A DNA stretch of 64,000 nt from Candidatus Latescibacterota bacterium (GTDB taxonomy: Bacteria; Latescibacterota; UBA2968; UBA8231). Below, in pieces: positions 51,249 through 64,000 of the stretch. The stretch's first letter is position 1. Each line of letters opens with the position of its first letter. The translations under genes were made by a program, and so were the position numbers. Below the pieces are notes generated by a model. The model made no database searches. It was not told the DNA's origin and was given only the letters and a program-made list of their open reading frames with translations. The stretch covers positions 672,001-736,000 of the forward strand of contig CBDCXV010000010.1 in assembly GCA_965223905.1 (NCBI GenBank), read 5' to 3'.

Positions 51249-51507
51249 CCAGAAACGATGATCAGACTCTCTCTGAGGCGAGAACCGGCTGGTCTTCAGC
51301 GCGGACTCAGGCTATCTCGGACGGCGTCCTGTTCGGAGCGCCGGCGTGCTTGTCGGCAACATAGAGCGCCTCGAATTTCCGGATTCCTCAGTGCCTTAGG
51401 GCGCCATTGAGGCCTCATTCCGGGCCTTACCGACCTAGAAGAATGTTTAAGGGACCACCTCGACCGCGCTCAGTCTCCTCCCTCGCATTGGCCAATCGGA
51501 GTCCGTC

Positions 51508-54456
51508 ATCACCGATCTGAAGATCACTGAAGCAAACTCGGTCCAGTTCCCCATGGTTCGCCACGCGGCCGAGATCGGCTGGACCCCGATTTCGCCGCAG
51601 GCGGCAATGCGCAAACGGGGGGGCGAGGCCGGGATGCTGTTCCGCGACGAGCTCGAATCGACGCTCAGCCAGCTCAATCCGTGGATGTCCGCCGATACCA
51701 TTCGCCAAGTCGTCGAGAGGCTGGAAGCGGTCCCGCCGACTATCGAGGGCAACCGCGAGATGCTCTTCTGGCTGCGCGGCGATCGACAGTGGTACGACGA
51801 GGCCGAGAGCCGCAACCGGCGCGTCAAGCTCGTGGATTTCGAAAGCTCGGCAGCTAATCACCTTCACGTCACTTGGGAGTGGAGGGTCAAGCCCCCGGCT
51901 CGCAAGGGAAACCGCGCCGATGTGATGTTCGTCGTCAACGGCGTACCCGTCGCCATCGTCGAGCACAAGAACCCGAAGGACGGCAACGCCATCGAACGGG
52001 GTGTCGCGCAGCTCAAACGCTACGAACAGGAGACGCCCGAACTGATCGGCGCGCCCCAACTCTTCAACGTCACCCATCTCCTCGACTACTGGTACGGCGT
52101 GACCTGGAATGCCAACCGGCGTTTCATGGCGCGGTGGAAGCAAGAGCCGGAGGAGAGCTACCGGTTTGCCGTTCAGGCGTTCTTCGAGCCGGCCGACTTC
52201 CTGCGCACGCTCCAGCACTGGATTCTCTTCTACGTCGAGGACGAGGAGACACGCAAATCCGTTCTGCGCCAGCACCAGCGCGTCGCCATCGACAAGATCG
52301 TTCAGAGGTGCGAGGACCGGGCAAGGAGGCGCGGGTTGATCTGGCACACCCAAGGCTCGGGCAAGACGTTCACCCTGCTGAGCGCCGCGCGCCTGGTCCT
52401 GGGACAGAAGGATCGGTTCGGCAACGCCACTGTCATCCTCGTCGCCGACCGCACGGAGCTCGAAGGCCAGCTCAAGGGCTGGGTCGAGAGGCTGTTGGGC
52501 GAGATGCAGCAGCAGGAGATCCCGGTCAGGCGAGCGAGCTCCAGGGCCGGAATGGAGGAGCTGCTCGAGACCGACAAACGCGGTCTGATCATCTCGATGA
52601 TCCACAAGTTCGAGAGGATCGCCAGGGACGCCAACACCCGCGACAACATCTACGTCTTCATCGACGAGGCACATCGCTCAGTAGCCAGGGACCTCGGCAC
52701 CTACCTGATGGCCGCAGTGCCGAACGCCACCATCATCGGCTTCACCGGCACCCCGATCGCCAGGACCGCGCATGGCGAAGGGACCTTCAAGATCTTCGGT
52801 GCCGACGACGAGCAGGGCTATCTCGACAAGTATTCGATCCGGGAGTCCATCGAGGACGAGACCACGCTACCTCTCCGCCATACCATGGCGCCAAGCAGCA
52901 TGACGGTTCCTGCCGAGCGGCTCGACAGGGAGTTCTTTGAGTTGGCCGAAGCCGAGGGAGTCACCGACGTCGACGAGCTCAACAGGGTCCTCGACCGGGC
53001 CGTGGGCCTGCGCACCTTCCTGACGGCCGACGACCGCATCGAGAAAGTGGCAGCGTTCGTAGCGGATCACTTCAAGCAGAACGTGCTGCCACTCGGCTTC
53101 AAGTCATTTCTCGTCGGCGTCAATCGGGAAGCCTGCGCCAAGTACAAACGCGCCCTCGACAGGCTGCTGCCGCCCGAGTGGTCGGAGGCGATGTACACCC
53201 CGAACCCCACGGATGCCGTCGACCGTCCGCTGGTCGCGGAACTGCAGCTCTCGCCCGAACGCGAGGGGGACGTACGCCTCATGTTCAAGAAGGCCAACGA
53301 GAATCCGAAAATTCTGATCGTCACCGACAAGCTGCTGACCGGGTACGACGCGCCGCTGCTTTACTGCATGTACCTCGACAAGCCGATGTGCGACCACGTG
53401 CTCCTGCAGGCGATCGCGCGCGTCAACCGCCCATGCGCGGACGACGACGTCCGCAAACGCATCGGTCTCGTCGTCGACTTCGTCGGCGTGCTGCGCGAGC
53501 TGAAAAAGGCATTGCGGTTCGACTCGTCCGATATCAGCGGCGTGATCGAGGATCTCGCTCTCCTGTTTCAGGATTTCCTTGAGAAGATCGAGCGGGTAAA
53601 AAACGAGTACCTCGCGGGCGGAGAGCCCGGGGATGAAGACGAGCGCCTCGAGCAGATGGTGTACGGGCGTTTTCTCACCTCGGAATCGCGCAAGGCATTC
53701 TTCGAAGATTGGAAAGAGATCGAGGCCCTCTGGGAGATACTGTCCCCCGCACCGGAACTGCGCGACCACATCGATACCTTCAAGCGGCTGGCGGAGCTGT
53801 ACACGGTCGTCCGCAACGCCTACGAGGGACGCGCTACTTACGTGTCCGACCTCGGCCGCAAGACACATGGGCTGGTTCAGGACAGCGCTGTCCAGGGGGG
53901 CCTTGGAAACTTGGTCAGGACCGTGACGTTCGACTCGAGTACCGTCCAAGCGCTTCGCGGCGAGCAGGGCTCGGACGAAGCCAAGGTCTTCAATCTCGTG
54001 CGGGGGTTGCGCGCCGAGATCGATAGCGACCGGGACAAAGCTGCCGTGCTGCAACCGCTCAGGGAACGCGCCGAGCGAATCCTCGAAGATCTCGAGAACC
54101 GCAGCAGCACCAGTCTCGCGGCACTGGACCAACTGGAGATGCTTGCAAAGGAGAAGGAAAAGGCCGACAGGGCCGCGCAAGAGAGCGGCCTGTCTGCCCG
54201 CGCCTTCGGTGTGTACTGGAACCTCAAGGATGAGAAGGCGCTCCGGGCCGCGGGCATTGCCGCAGTAGAGCTGGCGCAGGAAGCCGAATCCCTCCACGCC
54301 CGTTTTCCGAACGCGGCTCAGAACGCCGACGAACAGCGCCGGCTGCGGGCGGCCCTTTACCGGCCCCTTCTCGGTGTCCCCGGCGATGAACGGGTGCGAA
54401 TCGTCGAAGCCGTAATCGAAATCCTGCTGGATACCGGTCCCGATGCGGGATCGTGA
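51508..54456 (+). CDS. hsdR: Type I R-M restriction subunit
   Basis: [19 protein letters not shown] nuclease motif, [42 protein letters not shown]. First canonical start is ATG 51553; a GGAG-preceded in-frame ATC lies at 51508. Confidence 0.93.
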   Translation: MTDLKITEANSVQFPMVRHAAEIGWTPISPQAAMRKRGGEAGMLFRDELESTLSQLNPWMSADTIRQVVERLEAVPPTIEGNREMLFWLRGDRQWYDEAESRNRRVKLVDFESSAANHLHVTWEWRVKPPARKGNRADVMFVVNGVPVAIVEHKNPKDGNAIERGVAQLKRYEQETPELIGAPQLFNVTHLLDYWYGVTWNANRRFMARWKQEPEESYRFAVQAFFEPADFLRTLQHWILFYVEDEETRKSVLRQHQRVAIDKIVQRCEDRARRRGLIWHTQGSGKTFTLLSAARLVLGQKDRFGNATVILVADRTELEGQLKGWVERLLGEMQQQEIPVRRASSRAGMEELLETDKRGLIISMIHKFERIARDANTRDNIYVFIDEAHRSVARDLGTYLMAAVPNATIIGFTGTPIARTAHGEGTFKIFGADDEQGYLDKYSIRESIEDETTLPLRHTMAPSSMTVPAERLDREFFELAEAEGVTDVDELNRVLDRAVGLRTFLTADDRIEKVAAFVADHFKQNVLPLGFKSFLVGVNREACAKYKRALDRLLPPEWSEAMYTPNPTDAVDRPLVAELQLSPEREGDVRLMFKKANENPKILIVTDKLLTGYDAPLLYCMYLDKPMCDHVLLQAIARVNRPCADDDVRKRIGLVVDFVGVLRELKKALRFDSSDISGVIEDLALLFQDFLEKIERVKNEYLAGGEPGDEDERLEQMVYGRFLTSESRKAFFEDWKEIEALWEILSPAPELRDHIDTFKRLAELYTVVRNAYEGRATYVSDLGRKTHGLVQDSAVQGGLGNLVRTVTFDSSTVQALRGEQGSDEAKVFNLVRGLRAEIDSDRDKAAVLQPLRERAERILEDLENRSSTSLAALDQLEMLAKEKEKADRAAQESGLSARAFGVYWNLKDEKALRAAGIAAVELAQEAESLHARFPNAAQNADEQRRLRAALYRPLLGVPGDERVRIVEAVIEILLDTGPDAGS

Positions 54457-54826
54457 GGATCGGCGCGGAATCATTCGCGATCAGGTCGAATCCTGGGCGC
54501 AACGGCTCGGTGTCCGCCCGAGGCTCGTTCGAGTCCAGCGCATGACCCGGAAGTGGGGTTCCTGCTCGACCTCCGGGATCGTTACGCTCGCGGTCGATCT
54601 CGCCGATCAGGACCCGGGATTCCGCGACTTCGTCATCGCCCACGAGCTGCTGCACCTGCGCATTCCCAATCACGGACGGTTGTTCAAGGCGTTGATGGCG
54701 GTTCACGTCCCCGATTGGAAGAAGTACGACGTGGGGAAGCAGGGGGCGGGTGCGGCGCACAGGTGCCTGAAGGAGGAGGGGCCACAACTCCCCAAGGGCA
54801 ATTCCTTGATGAAGCCTATCCTATAA
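54443..54826 (+). CDS. YgjP-like M48 family metallopeptidase
   Basis: [32 protein letters not shown]. Overlaps the end of hsdR. Confidence 0.88.
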   Translation: MRDREDRRGIIRDQVESWAQRLGVRPRLVRVQRMTRKWGSCSTSGIVTLAVDLADQDPGFRDFVIAHELLHLRIPNHGRLFKALMAVHVPDWKKYDVGKQGAGAAHRCLKEEGPQLPKGNSLMKPIL

Positions 54827-54866
54827 TCCCTTGATGAAGCCTATTAATGATGAAGCCTATTAATGA
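54804..54866. repeat. Three short direct repeats with core TGATGAAGCCTAT
   Basis: Copies at 54807-54819, 54832-54844 and 54848-54860. The 16-mer TGAAGCCTATTAATGA is an exact tandem (54835-54850, 54851-54866). Confidence 0.85.
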
Positions 54867-54951
54867 ATGGCACCTGGCAAGCCGGGATTTCGGGCGCCCT
54901 GCCCCGATCGCCGGTCTGCGCTGGGCCATCTCGCCCTGAGAGCGTAATTAA

Positions 54952-57752
54952 GTGAACGGCGCGGTCGCCATCCGCGGGGCCGCGGAGAACAACCTCCGCG
55001 AAGTCGACGTCGACCTGCCGCACCGGAAGCTCGTGGCGGTCAGCGGGGTCTCGGGCTCGGGGAAATCCTCGCTGGTGTTCGACACCCTCTATGCCGAGGC
55101 ACGCCGGCGCTTCCTCGCCGCGCTCGCAACCGGGAGGGCCGGAGGCCCGGCACCCCCCCGGTTGCGCCGGCCCCGGGTCGCCCGCATCGACGGGCTTGCC
55201 CCTGCTCTGGCCACGGACCAGGCGCGCTCCGGGGGAAGCAACCCCCGCTCGACCGCGGCGACCGCGGCAGGTCTCTACGACTACGTCCGCGCGCTCTTTG
55301 CCAAGGTCGGAAACCCCCACTGCCTGGGGTGCGGCGCCGCGGTACACTCGCACCGCTTCGAGGAGCTGCTCGAAACCGCCTCCGCTCTGTCTGAAGGCAC
55401 GCGTCTCGTCGTCCTGGCGCCGCTTCCGTTCCGGCTTCGGCATGGGGACGACGACCTGCTGCAGGAGGTGGAAAAAACCGGGTACACGCGGCTGCGGCTG
55501 CGCGGGGAGACCCCCGTTCTCGAGGAGATCGACCCGCAGGAGCTCGCCGCGGCCATCGCCTCCGGGGAGGCGGTGGACATCGTCGTCGACCGGCTGGTCG
55601 TCAAGCCGGAGTCCATGGGACGCCTGCGGGGCTCGCTGGAGGCCGCGGTCGATTCGGGCGAAGGACGCGTAGCCCTGTGGGAGCCGGGAAAGGAGCCGGA
55701 TCGCTTCTCGGTCCGCCCCTCCTGTTCCGCGTGCGGGCGCCCTTTCAAGGCGATGACTCCGTCCCTCTTTTCCTTCAACAGTGCCCAAGGGGCCTGCGGG
55801 GAATGCCGCGGACTCGGGGCCCGCCGCGGCGCCGGTCCCGACCTGCTGCTGGGGTCCGAATCGGTCAGCGAGACCCTCTCCCCCTTGTGGGACGACTTCG
55901 GACACGACGGGCTGCGCCGCGAGGTGATGCGGTTCTGCGAGCGCCGCGAGGTCGATCCCGAGCAGCCGGCGGGTACCTGGCCGGCGAAAACCTTCGAGCG
56001 GTTCTGGGGCGGAGAGCGCGGCCGCGGCCGCTTCAGGGGGATCAGCGCCTGGCTCGACAGCCTGGCGGCGAAAGCGCAGGGAGAGGAGCTGGCCTGGATC
56101 GAGGAACGGACCGCCGACACCGTCTGCGCGACCTGCTCGGGCAGGCGGCTGAACCCCGAGGCGCTCGCCGTCGAGGTGGGCGGCCTCGATATCGCCTCGT
56201 TCCTGGCGCTGACCATGGACGAGGCCGGGGAGTTTGCGCGTTCGGTCTCCTTCGAGGGCGTCGCCGGCATCGTCGCCGCTCCCCTGCTCGAACAGATTGC
56301 CGGCAGGACAGCGATTCTCGGCGACCTCGGACTCGGCTACCTCACCTTCGACCGGCCTGCCGACACCCTGTCGAGCGGCGAGTTCCAGCGCCTGCGTCTG
56401 GCAGGGGGTCTCGGCTCGGGACTTTCCCAGGTGCTCTACCTCCTCGACGAGCCGAGCGCCGGCCTCCACGCCCGCGACGCCGGGCGCCTGGGGCGGGCCC
56501 TGCGCGGGCTGACCGAGGCGGGAAACACGGCGGTTTTCGTCGAGCACGACCCGGCGCTGATCCGGCAGGCGGACTACGCCGTCGATCTCGGCCCGGGAGC
56601 CGGGTCGCAAGGGGGAGAGGTGGTGGCGGCTGGAACGCCTGACGAGCTGGCCGCAGCCGGATCCCCTACCGGCCGCTACCTCGCCTCCGGGTTCCGCTGG
56701 CCTTCCGCCCGGCCCCGGCGGGACGCAGCCGCTGCTACCGTTCTGCGAATCGAGGCCGCGGCCGGCAACAACCTCAAGGGGATCGCCGTCGACATTCCCC
56801 TGGGACTGTTCGTCTGCGTCACCGGGGTGTCCGGTTCCGGAAAGAGCAGCCTGGTTCAGCACACTCTCTACCCGGCGTTGGCGGGCAAGCTGCAGAATTC
56901 CCGGCGGCGGCCTCTCCCCCACGGCGGCCTCTCCGGGACCGAGCACCTCGAGCGGGTGATCGCAGTGGACCAGCGGCCCCTGGGGCGCGGCTCGCGCTCG
57001 AACGCGGCGACCTGCACCGGAATACTCACCGAGTTGAGGGGTCTGTTCGCCAGGCTCCGCGAGGCGCGGGTACGCGGGTACCGCCCCTCCCACTTCAGCT
57101 TCAACGCCGGCGAGGGGGCCTGCGCCTCCTGCCGGGGCAGCGGACTGGCCGCGGGCGCCGGCCCGCTTCTCAGCGGCCTGCGGAACCCCTGCCCGGGCTG
57201 CGACGGCCGCCGCTACAATTCCGAGGTGCTCCAGGTCCGCTACCGCGGCCTTTCCATAGCCGACGTCCTCGACCTGACCGTGGCGGAGTCCCTGTCCCTG
57301 TTCGAAGCCATCCCCGGCCTCGCCCGCCGCCTGCGCCTCCTCGCCGAGCTCGGTCTCGGGTACCTGCCTCTGCGGCAGTCGGCCTCCGACCTGTCGGGGG
57401 GCGAGGCGCAACGGGTCAAGCTGGCCGCGGAGCTGAGCCGGCCGCAGCGGCAGCGGACCCTCTACATTCTCGACGAGCCGACAAGCGGCCTGCACCTCGA
57501 CGACATCGGTTTCCTGGTCGAGCTGCTGCAGCGGCTCGTCGACCGCGACAACACGGTGCTGGTGGTCGAGCACTGCATCGAGCTGATCGCCGCCGCAGAC
57601 TGGGTGATCGACATCGGGCCCGAGGCCGGGACCGGCGGCGGAGAGCTCGTCGCCGCGGGCACACCGGAGCAGGTGGCCGAGGTGGCCGCTTCCTGGACGG
57701 GCCGCTATCTGCGACCGCATCTCGAGTCAGCGGAAACCCGGGGAGACGGGAC

Positions 57753-57756
<4 letters not shown>
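54952..57756 (+). CDS. uvrA: Excinuclease ABC subunit A, divergent paralog
   Basis: Two ABC modules (GVSGSGKSS twice, LSSGE/LSGGE, LDEPS/LDEPT, VEH twice) and CxxC zinc modules. Confidence 0.88.
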
Positions 57757-60891
<3,135 letters not shown>

Positions 60892-60893
60892 TT

Positions 60894-60925
60894 CAAGGGG
60901 TGCGAGGCGCGCCTCGCACCCCTTG
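60894..60925. repeat. Perfect 32-bp palindrome immediately after metG (REP-like or terminator-like)
   Basis: CAAGGGGTGCGAGGCGCGCCTCGCACCCCTTG equals its reverse complement. No U-tract. Confidence 0.8.
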
Positions 60926-61008
60926 CACGGCACCCTTTATTGAAAGGCGAAAGGCGTCCGGGGCCGGCGGTATTTTTCGGCCCTTTTTGGGCGGCGGGAA
61001 AACTGGAA

Positions 61009-61998
61009 ATGAACCGGATCAGGATGGGCTTCATCGGCTGCGGCGGCAACGCCTCCAGCCACATAGGGAGGGTTCTCGGCTTTCCCGAGGTCGAGGTCGC
61101 CGCCCTCGCCGACGTCAGCGAAGAAGCCATCGAACGGGTGCGCCAACGCCACGGACAGCTGGCGCACACTCCCGCTTTCGTCGACTACCGCGAGCTTCTC
61201 GCCGGCCCCGACCTCGACGCCGTCGAGATCTCCACTCCCCACACCCTCCACTACGAGCAGATCATGGCGAGCCTCGACCGCGGCCTCCACGTGCTGACGG
61301 AAAAGCCGATGGTCTGCCGCGTCGACCACGCCCGCGACGTCATCGCCGGGTCCGAGCGCGCCGGCAAGCTGCTGATGGTTTCCTATCAGCGGCACCTCGC
61401 CGCGGAGTTCCGCTTCGTGCGCAACCAGGTACTGTGCGGAGAGCTCGGGGAGATCCAGTTCATTTCCGCGCTCCAGGATCAGCGCTGGCACCTGGGATCG
61501 CGGGGAACCTGGCGCCAGCAGATGGCCCTCAGCGGCGGCGGCCAGCTCAACGACTCGGGAAGCCATCTGCTCGACATCCTGCTGTGGATGACCGGCCTCG
61601 AAGCCGCCGAGGTCCACGCCTTCATGGAGAACTTCGAATCCGAGGTGGACATCAACTCGGCGATGAACGTGAGATTCGCCAACGGCGCCCTCGGGAACAT
61701 ATCCGTCGTCGGCAACTCTCCTGCATCCGGGATCTGGGAGGACATCACGATCTGGGGAACCAGGGCCGCGGTGATGATGCGCAACGGCCGCATCACCTGG
61801 AGGGAAGCAGGCGCCGAGCCATGCGAGCCGGCCAACCTTCCCGGGGGCAGCACCCCGGACCGCAACTTCGTCGACGCCATCCTCGGCCGCGACGAGGTCC
61901 AGGTGCCGCCGCAGTGCGGCCTGCGGGTCATCGAGCTGACCGAGGCGGCCTGGGAATCGGCGCGGACCGGCAGGCCGGCCGCGATCTCGCGCTCGTAG
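61009..61998 (+). CDS. Gfo/Idh/MocA family oxidoreductase
   Basis: MGFIGCGG, DAVEISTPHTLH, HVLTEKPM, GGGQLNDSGSHLLD. Likely start ATG 61009. Confidence 0.92.
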   Translation: MNRIRMGFIGCGGNASSHIGRVLGFPEVEVAALADVSEEAIERVRQRHGQLAHTPAFVDYRELLAGPDLDAVEISTPHTLHYEQIMASLDRGLHVLTEKPMVCRVDHARDVIAGSERAGKLLMVSYQRHLAAEFRFVRNQVLCGELGEIQFISALQDQRWHLGSRGTWRQQMALSGGGQLNDSGSHLLDILLWMTGLEAAEVHAFMENFESEVDINSAMNVRFANGALGNISVVGNSPASGIWEDITIWGTRAAVMMRNGRITWREAGAEPCEPANLPGGSTPDRNFVDAILGRDEVQVPPQCGLRVIELTEAAWESARTGRPAAISRS

Positions 61999-62005
61999 CT
62001 GCCTG

Positions 62006-62713
62006 ATGGGGGCGTACCGCATCGAAAGGCTGTTTCGCGCCCCCTGCGGCGTTCCCAACGGGCTGCAGGTAACCGCCGAAGGCCTGTGGATCGCCGATCA
62101 GATCACCGACCGCGTCGCCCTCGTCGAAATCGCCGAGCCCTCGATCTACGGGGTCACGCGGTGGCTGCGGGAGGTGCCGAGCGAGAGCTCGAACACCAGC
62201 GGCTTGGCGTACGGCGACGGCGCCCTGTGGCTGGCGGCAAACGGCGACGGCAGCATGTGGCGGCCGCTGCGGGAAACCGACGCCGGGAGAGGCGAGATCC
62301 TCAGGATCGACCCCCGTACCGGAAAGACCCTGGCCCGCTTCCGGGTCCCCGGGGACGGCGGCGTACACGGCATCGAGTACGACCACATCGAAAGCGGCTA
62401 CCTCTGGGTGACCACCCTCGCCGACCAGACGCTCACCAAGGTCGCCGTAGAAAACTGGGAGGTTGCGCACGCCATCCCCCTTCCGTACGGGCGCGCCCAC
62501 GGCGTCGTGCGCACCTCCGGAGGCGTCTGGGTGGTGTTCACCAGCGACCGCGTCATCCTCAAGCTCGACCTCGACGACGGCACGGAGCTCGAGCGCATTG
62601 TCGTGCCCGGCTCCGCACCCGAGCCCCATGGACTCTCCATCTGCGGCGACGACCTGCTCTACTGCGACGCGACGTCGGGGTGGATCACCCGAATATCCGG
62701 AGAGAGGTTATGA
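62006..62713 (+). CDS. Hypothetical beta-propeller protein (Vgb/glutaminyl cyclase-like repeats)
   Basis: Repeated blades PNGLQ...[25 protein letters not shown]...LWV, AHGV...VWV, PHGL...LLYCD. Confidence 0.7.
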   Translation: MGAYRIERLFRAPCGVPNGLQVTAEGLWIADQITDRVALVEIAEPSIYGVTRWLREVPSESSNTSGLAYGDGALWLAANGDGSMWRPLRETDAGRGEILRIDPRTGKTLARFRVPGDGGVHGIEYDHIESGYLWVTTLADQTLTKVAVENWEVAHAIPLPYGRAHGVVRTSGGVWVVFTSDRVILKLDLDDGTELERIVVPGSAPEPHGLSICGDDLLYCDATSGWITRISGERL

Positions 62714-63237
62714 TCAAGGAACGATTGCACCAGAACGAACCTCGAAGGCGCTGGCCGCGAGCCGTTCCGGCCTGCCTGGTCGCCGCCGCGGCATGGCTTT
62801 CGGCCTGCGACTCCACCAATCCATCCTCCGACCCGGAGACCGGCACCCCCGGGGAGGCAGTGATTTTCGAGATAGACGAGGAGGCCATGGCCAATCCCGG
62901 CTCGACCGCCAGCGGTCTGCAGTTCATCGTAATCGAAGAGGGCAGCGGGGAGTCTCCTCCCGCGGGCAGCAGGGTGCGCGTCCACTACACCGGCATGCTC
63001 GAAGACGGGACCGTTTTCGACAGCTCCTACAAGCGCAACCAGCCGTTCGAGTTCGAACTCGGCATAGGACAGGTGATCCCCGGCTGGGACGAGGGCATCG
63101 CCTTGATGAAGATGGGCGCGAAATACCGGCTCATCATTCCGCCCGAGCTGGGATACGGAGAGCGCGGCGCCGGCGGCGGGTTGATTCCCCCGAACGCCAC
63201 CCTGCTCTTCGACGTCGAGCTGCTGAGGTTCTCGTAG
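62710..63237 (+). CDS. FKBP-type peptidyl-prolyl cis-trans isomerase, probable lipoprotein
   Basis: LSAC lipobox, [58 protein letters not shown] 62710 after GAGG. Confidence 0.93.
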   Translation: MIKERLHQNEPRRRWPRAVPACLVAAAAWLSACDSTNPSSDPETGTPGEAVIFEIDEEAMANPGSTASGLQFIVIEEGSGESPPAGSRVRVHYTGMLEDGTVFDSSYKRNQPFEFELGIGQVIPGWDEGIALMKMGAKYRLIIPPELGYGERGAGGGLIPPNATLLFDVELLRFS

Positions 63238-63286
63238 GGGACGACGGGAAGCCCCACGCAGAAGCACCGACAGCGTGAGCTTGTGC

Positions 63287-64000
63287 ATGTCCGACCAGGA
63301 ACTGATCTGTCCCCGGCGCCGCTGGGGTAAAACGGAGATCTCGATACCGGTCGTTCCTTACGGCACCCAGGGATTCGGCAATTACTTCGGGCCGGTGAGC
63401 GAGGAGGAGGCCGCGGGCCTGATCCGCCGCGCCGTCGACATCGGGGTAAACCACTTCGACTGCGCACGCTGCTACGGAGACTCGCTGGGCAAGCTCGGGG
63501 CGGCGATCAAGCGGGAAGTGGTGTCCCGCGAGGAGATCGTCGTCAGCGGGCGCGTCTGCTGCCACAGCGCCGCCCCCTGGGGCGGGTACGGAGAGGGAGA
63601 CCCTGACTACTCGCGAGACCGCGTCCTCGCCGACGTCCAGGACCAGCTCGCCATCCTGGGAACCGACCATTTCGACGTGCTCCTGATTCACGATCCGCCG
63701 GCCATGGAGCCGACCCTGGCGGGCGGCGGCACCCTCGAGGGCCTGGAAGCAGCGCGCGAGCGCGGTTGGGTCCGCTGGCTCGGGTACGGCATGCGCCCCC
63801 ACGATTTCCACGGCGCCGCCATCCCTTCGGGCCGCACCGACGTGCTGCTGACCTTCAGCGACTACAATCTCCTGGACAGGACCGCGGCCCCCGGCCTCCT
63901 CGGCGCTGCGGCCGACAGCGACATGGGGGTCCTCAACGGCTGGTCGATCATGCGCGGTTGGCTTACGGGAACCCCGGGAGAAAGGATCGCCCCGCGGGAC
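63287..64000 (+). CDS. Aldo/keto reductase, 3'-truncated by the window edge
   Basis: RRRWGKTEISIPVVPYG, AVDIGVNHFDCARCYG, LGTDHFDVLLIHDP, GWVRWLG. Absent from the ORF track because it has no stop in the window. Confidence 0.88.
   Translation, partial: MSDQELICPRRRWGKTEISIPVVPYGTQGFGNYFGPVSEEEAAGLIRRAVDIGVNHFDCARCYGDSLGKLGAAIKREVVSREEIVVSGRVCCHSAAPWGGYGEGDPDYSRDRVLADVQDQLAILGTDHFDVLLIHDPPAMEPTLAGGGTLEGLEAARERGWVRWLGYGMRPHDFHGAAIPSGRTDVLLTFSDYNLLDRTAAPGLLGAAADSDMGVLNGWSIMRGWLTGTPGERIAPRD

Noticed and set aside
54804-54866. CRISPR mini-array
   Set aside because: The repeat is only 13-16 bp with 3-12 bp gaps, and no cas genes are present.
54844-57720. Long antisense or alternate-frame ORFs (e.g. 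54844-57720 minus, 9905-11782 plus, 23689-25974 plus, 58933-60933 minus, 5417-6973 minus)
   Set aside because: They shadow well-supported genes, lack motifs, and are expected from stop-codon scarcity in high-GC DNA.

Overview
High-GC bacterial chromosomal window. The gene content (PhyH, CocE, FG-GAP/ASPIC proteins) is compatible with a Latescibacterota/Gemmatimonadota-like organism, but that is a guess. Layout: (1) 1-9820, a defence-type island: the 3' end of a DUF1156-type adenine methyltransferase, a PLD-nuclease/SNF2 helicase, and a separately promoted pair of STAND/archaeal-type ATPases, the second carrying about 11-12 43-aa TPR-like repeats. (2) 9863-27395, housekeeping and catabolic genes (recQ, PhyH, CocE, Zn-ADH, amidohydrolase, enolase-family, RidA, hemJ, nfo, PBP1A, TPR/FG-GAP/ASPIC lipoprotein, tRNA-Gly-GCC). 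(3) 27577-46764, a 19-kb divergent lipid or glycolipid synthesis and export locus. Its minus arm is NTP-transferase, CDP-alcohol phosphotransferase, LPG-synthase-like membrane protein, TolC, an MlaC-DUF3047 fusion, MlaC and MMPL. Its plus arm is GT4 plus a duplicated flippase/cytidylyltransferase/CDP-alcohol transferase module, one copy of which is decaying. (4) 46809-54866, a type I R-M locus: HTH-fused HsdM, aspartic protease, near-symmetric HsdS, DUF4238/IS3/HEPN remnants, MNT, HsdR and an M48 peptidase. (5) 54952-64000, a divergent uvrA, M24 peptidase, metG, oxidoreductases and an FKBP. Best candidates for undescribed biology are the effector-less ATPase/ATPase-TPR pair, a TTGC[CA]AACA half-site shared by the promoters of both defence loci, and the adaptor-less MMPL-MlaC-TolC lipid export locus with two non-canonical CDP-alcohol transferases. 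All family calls come from motif recognition by eye; no database searches were run.
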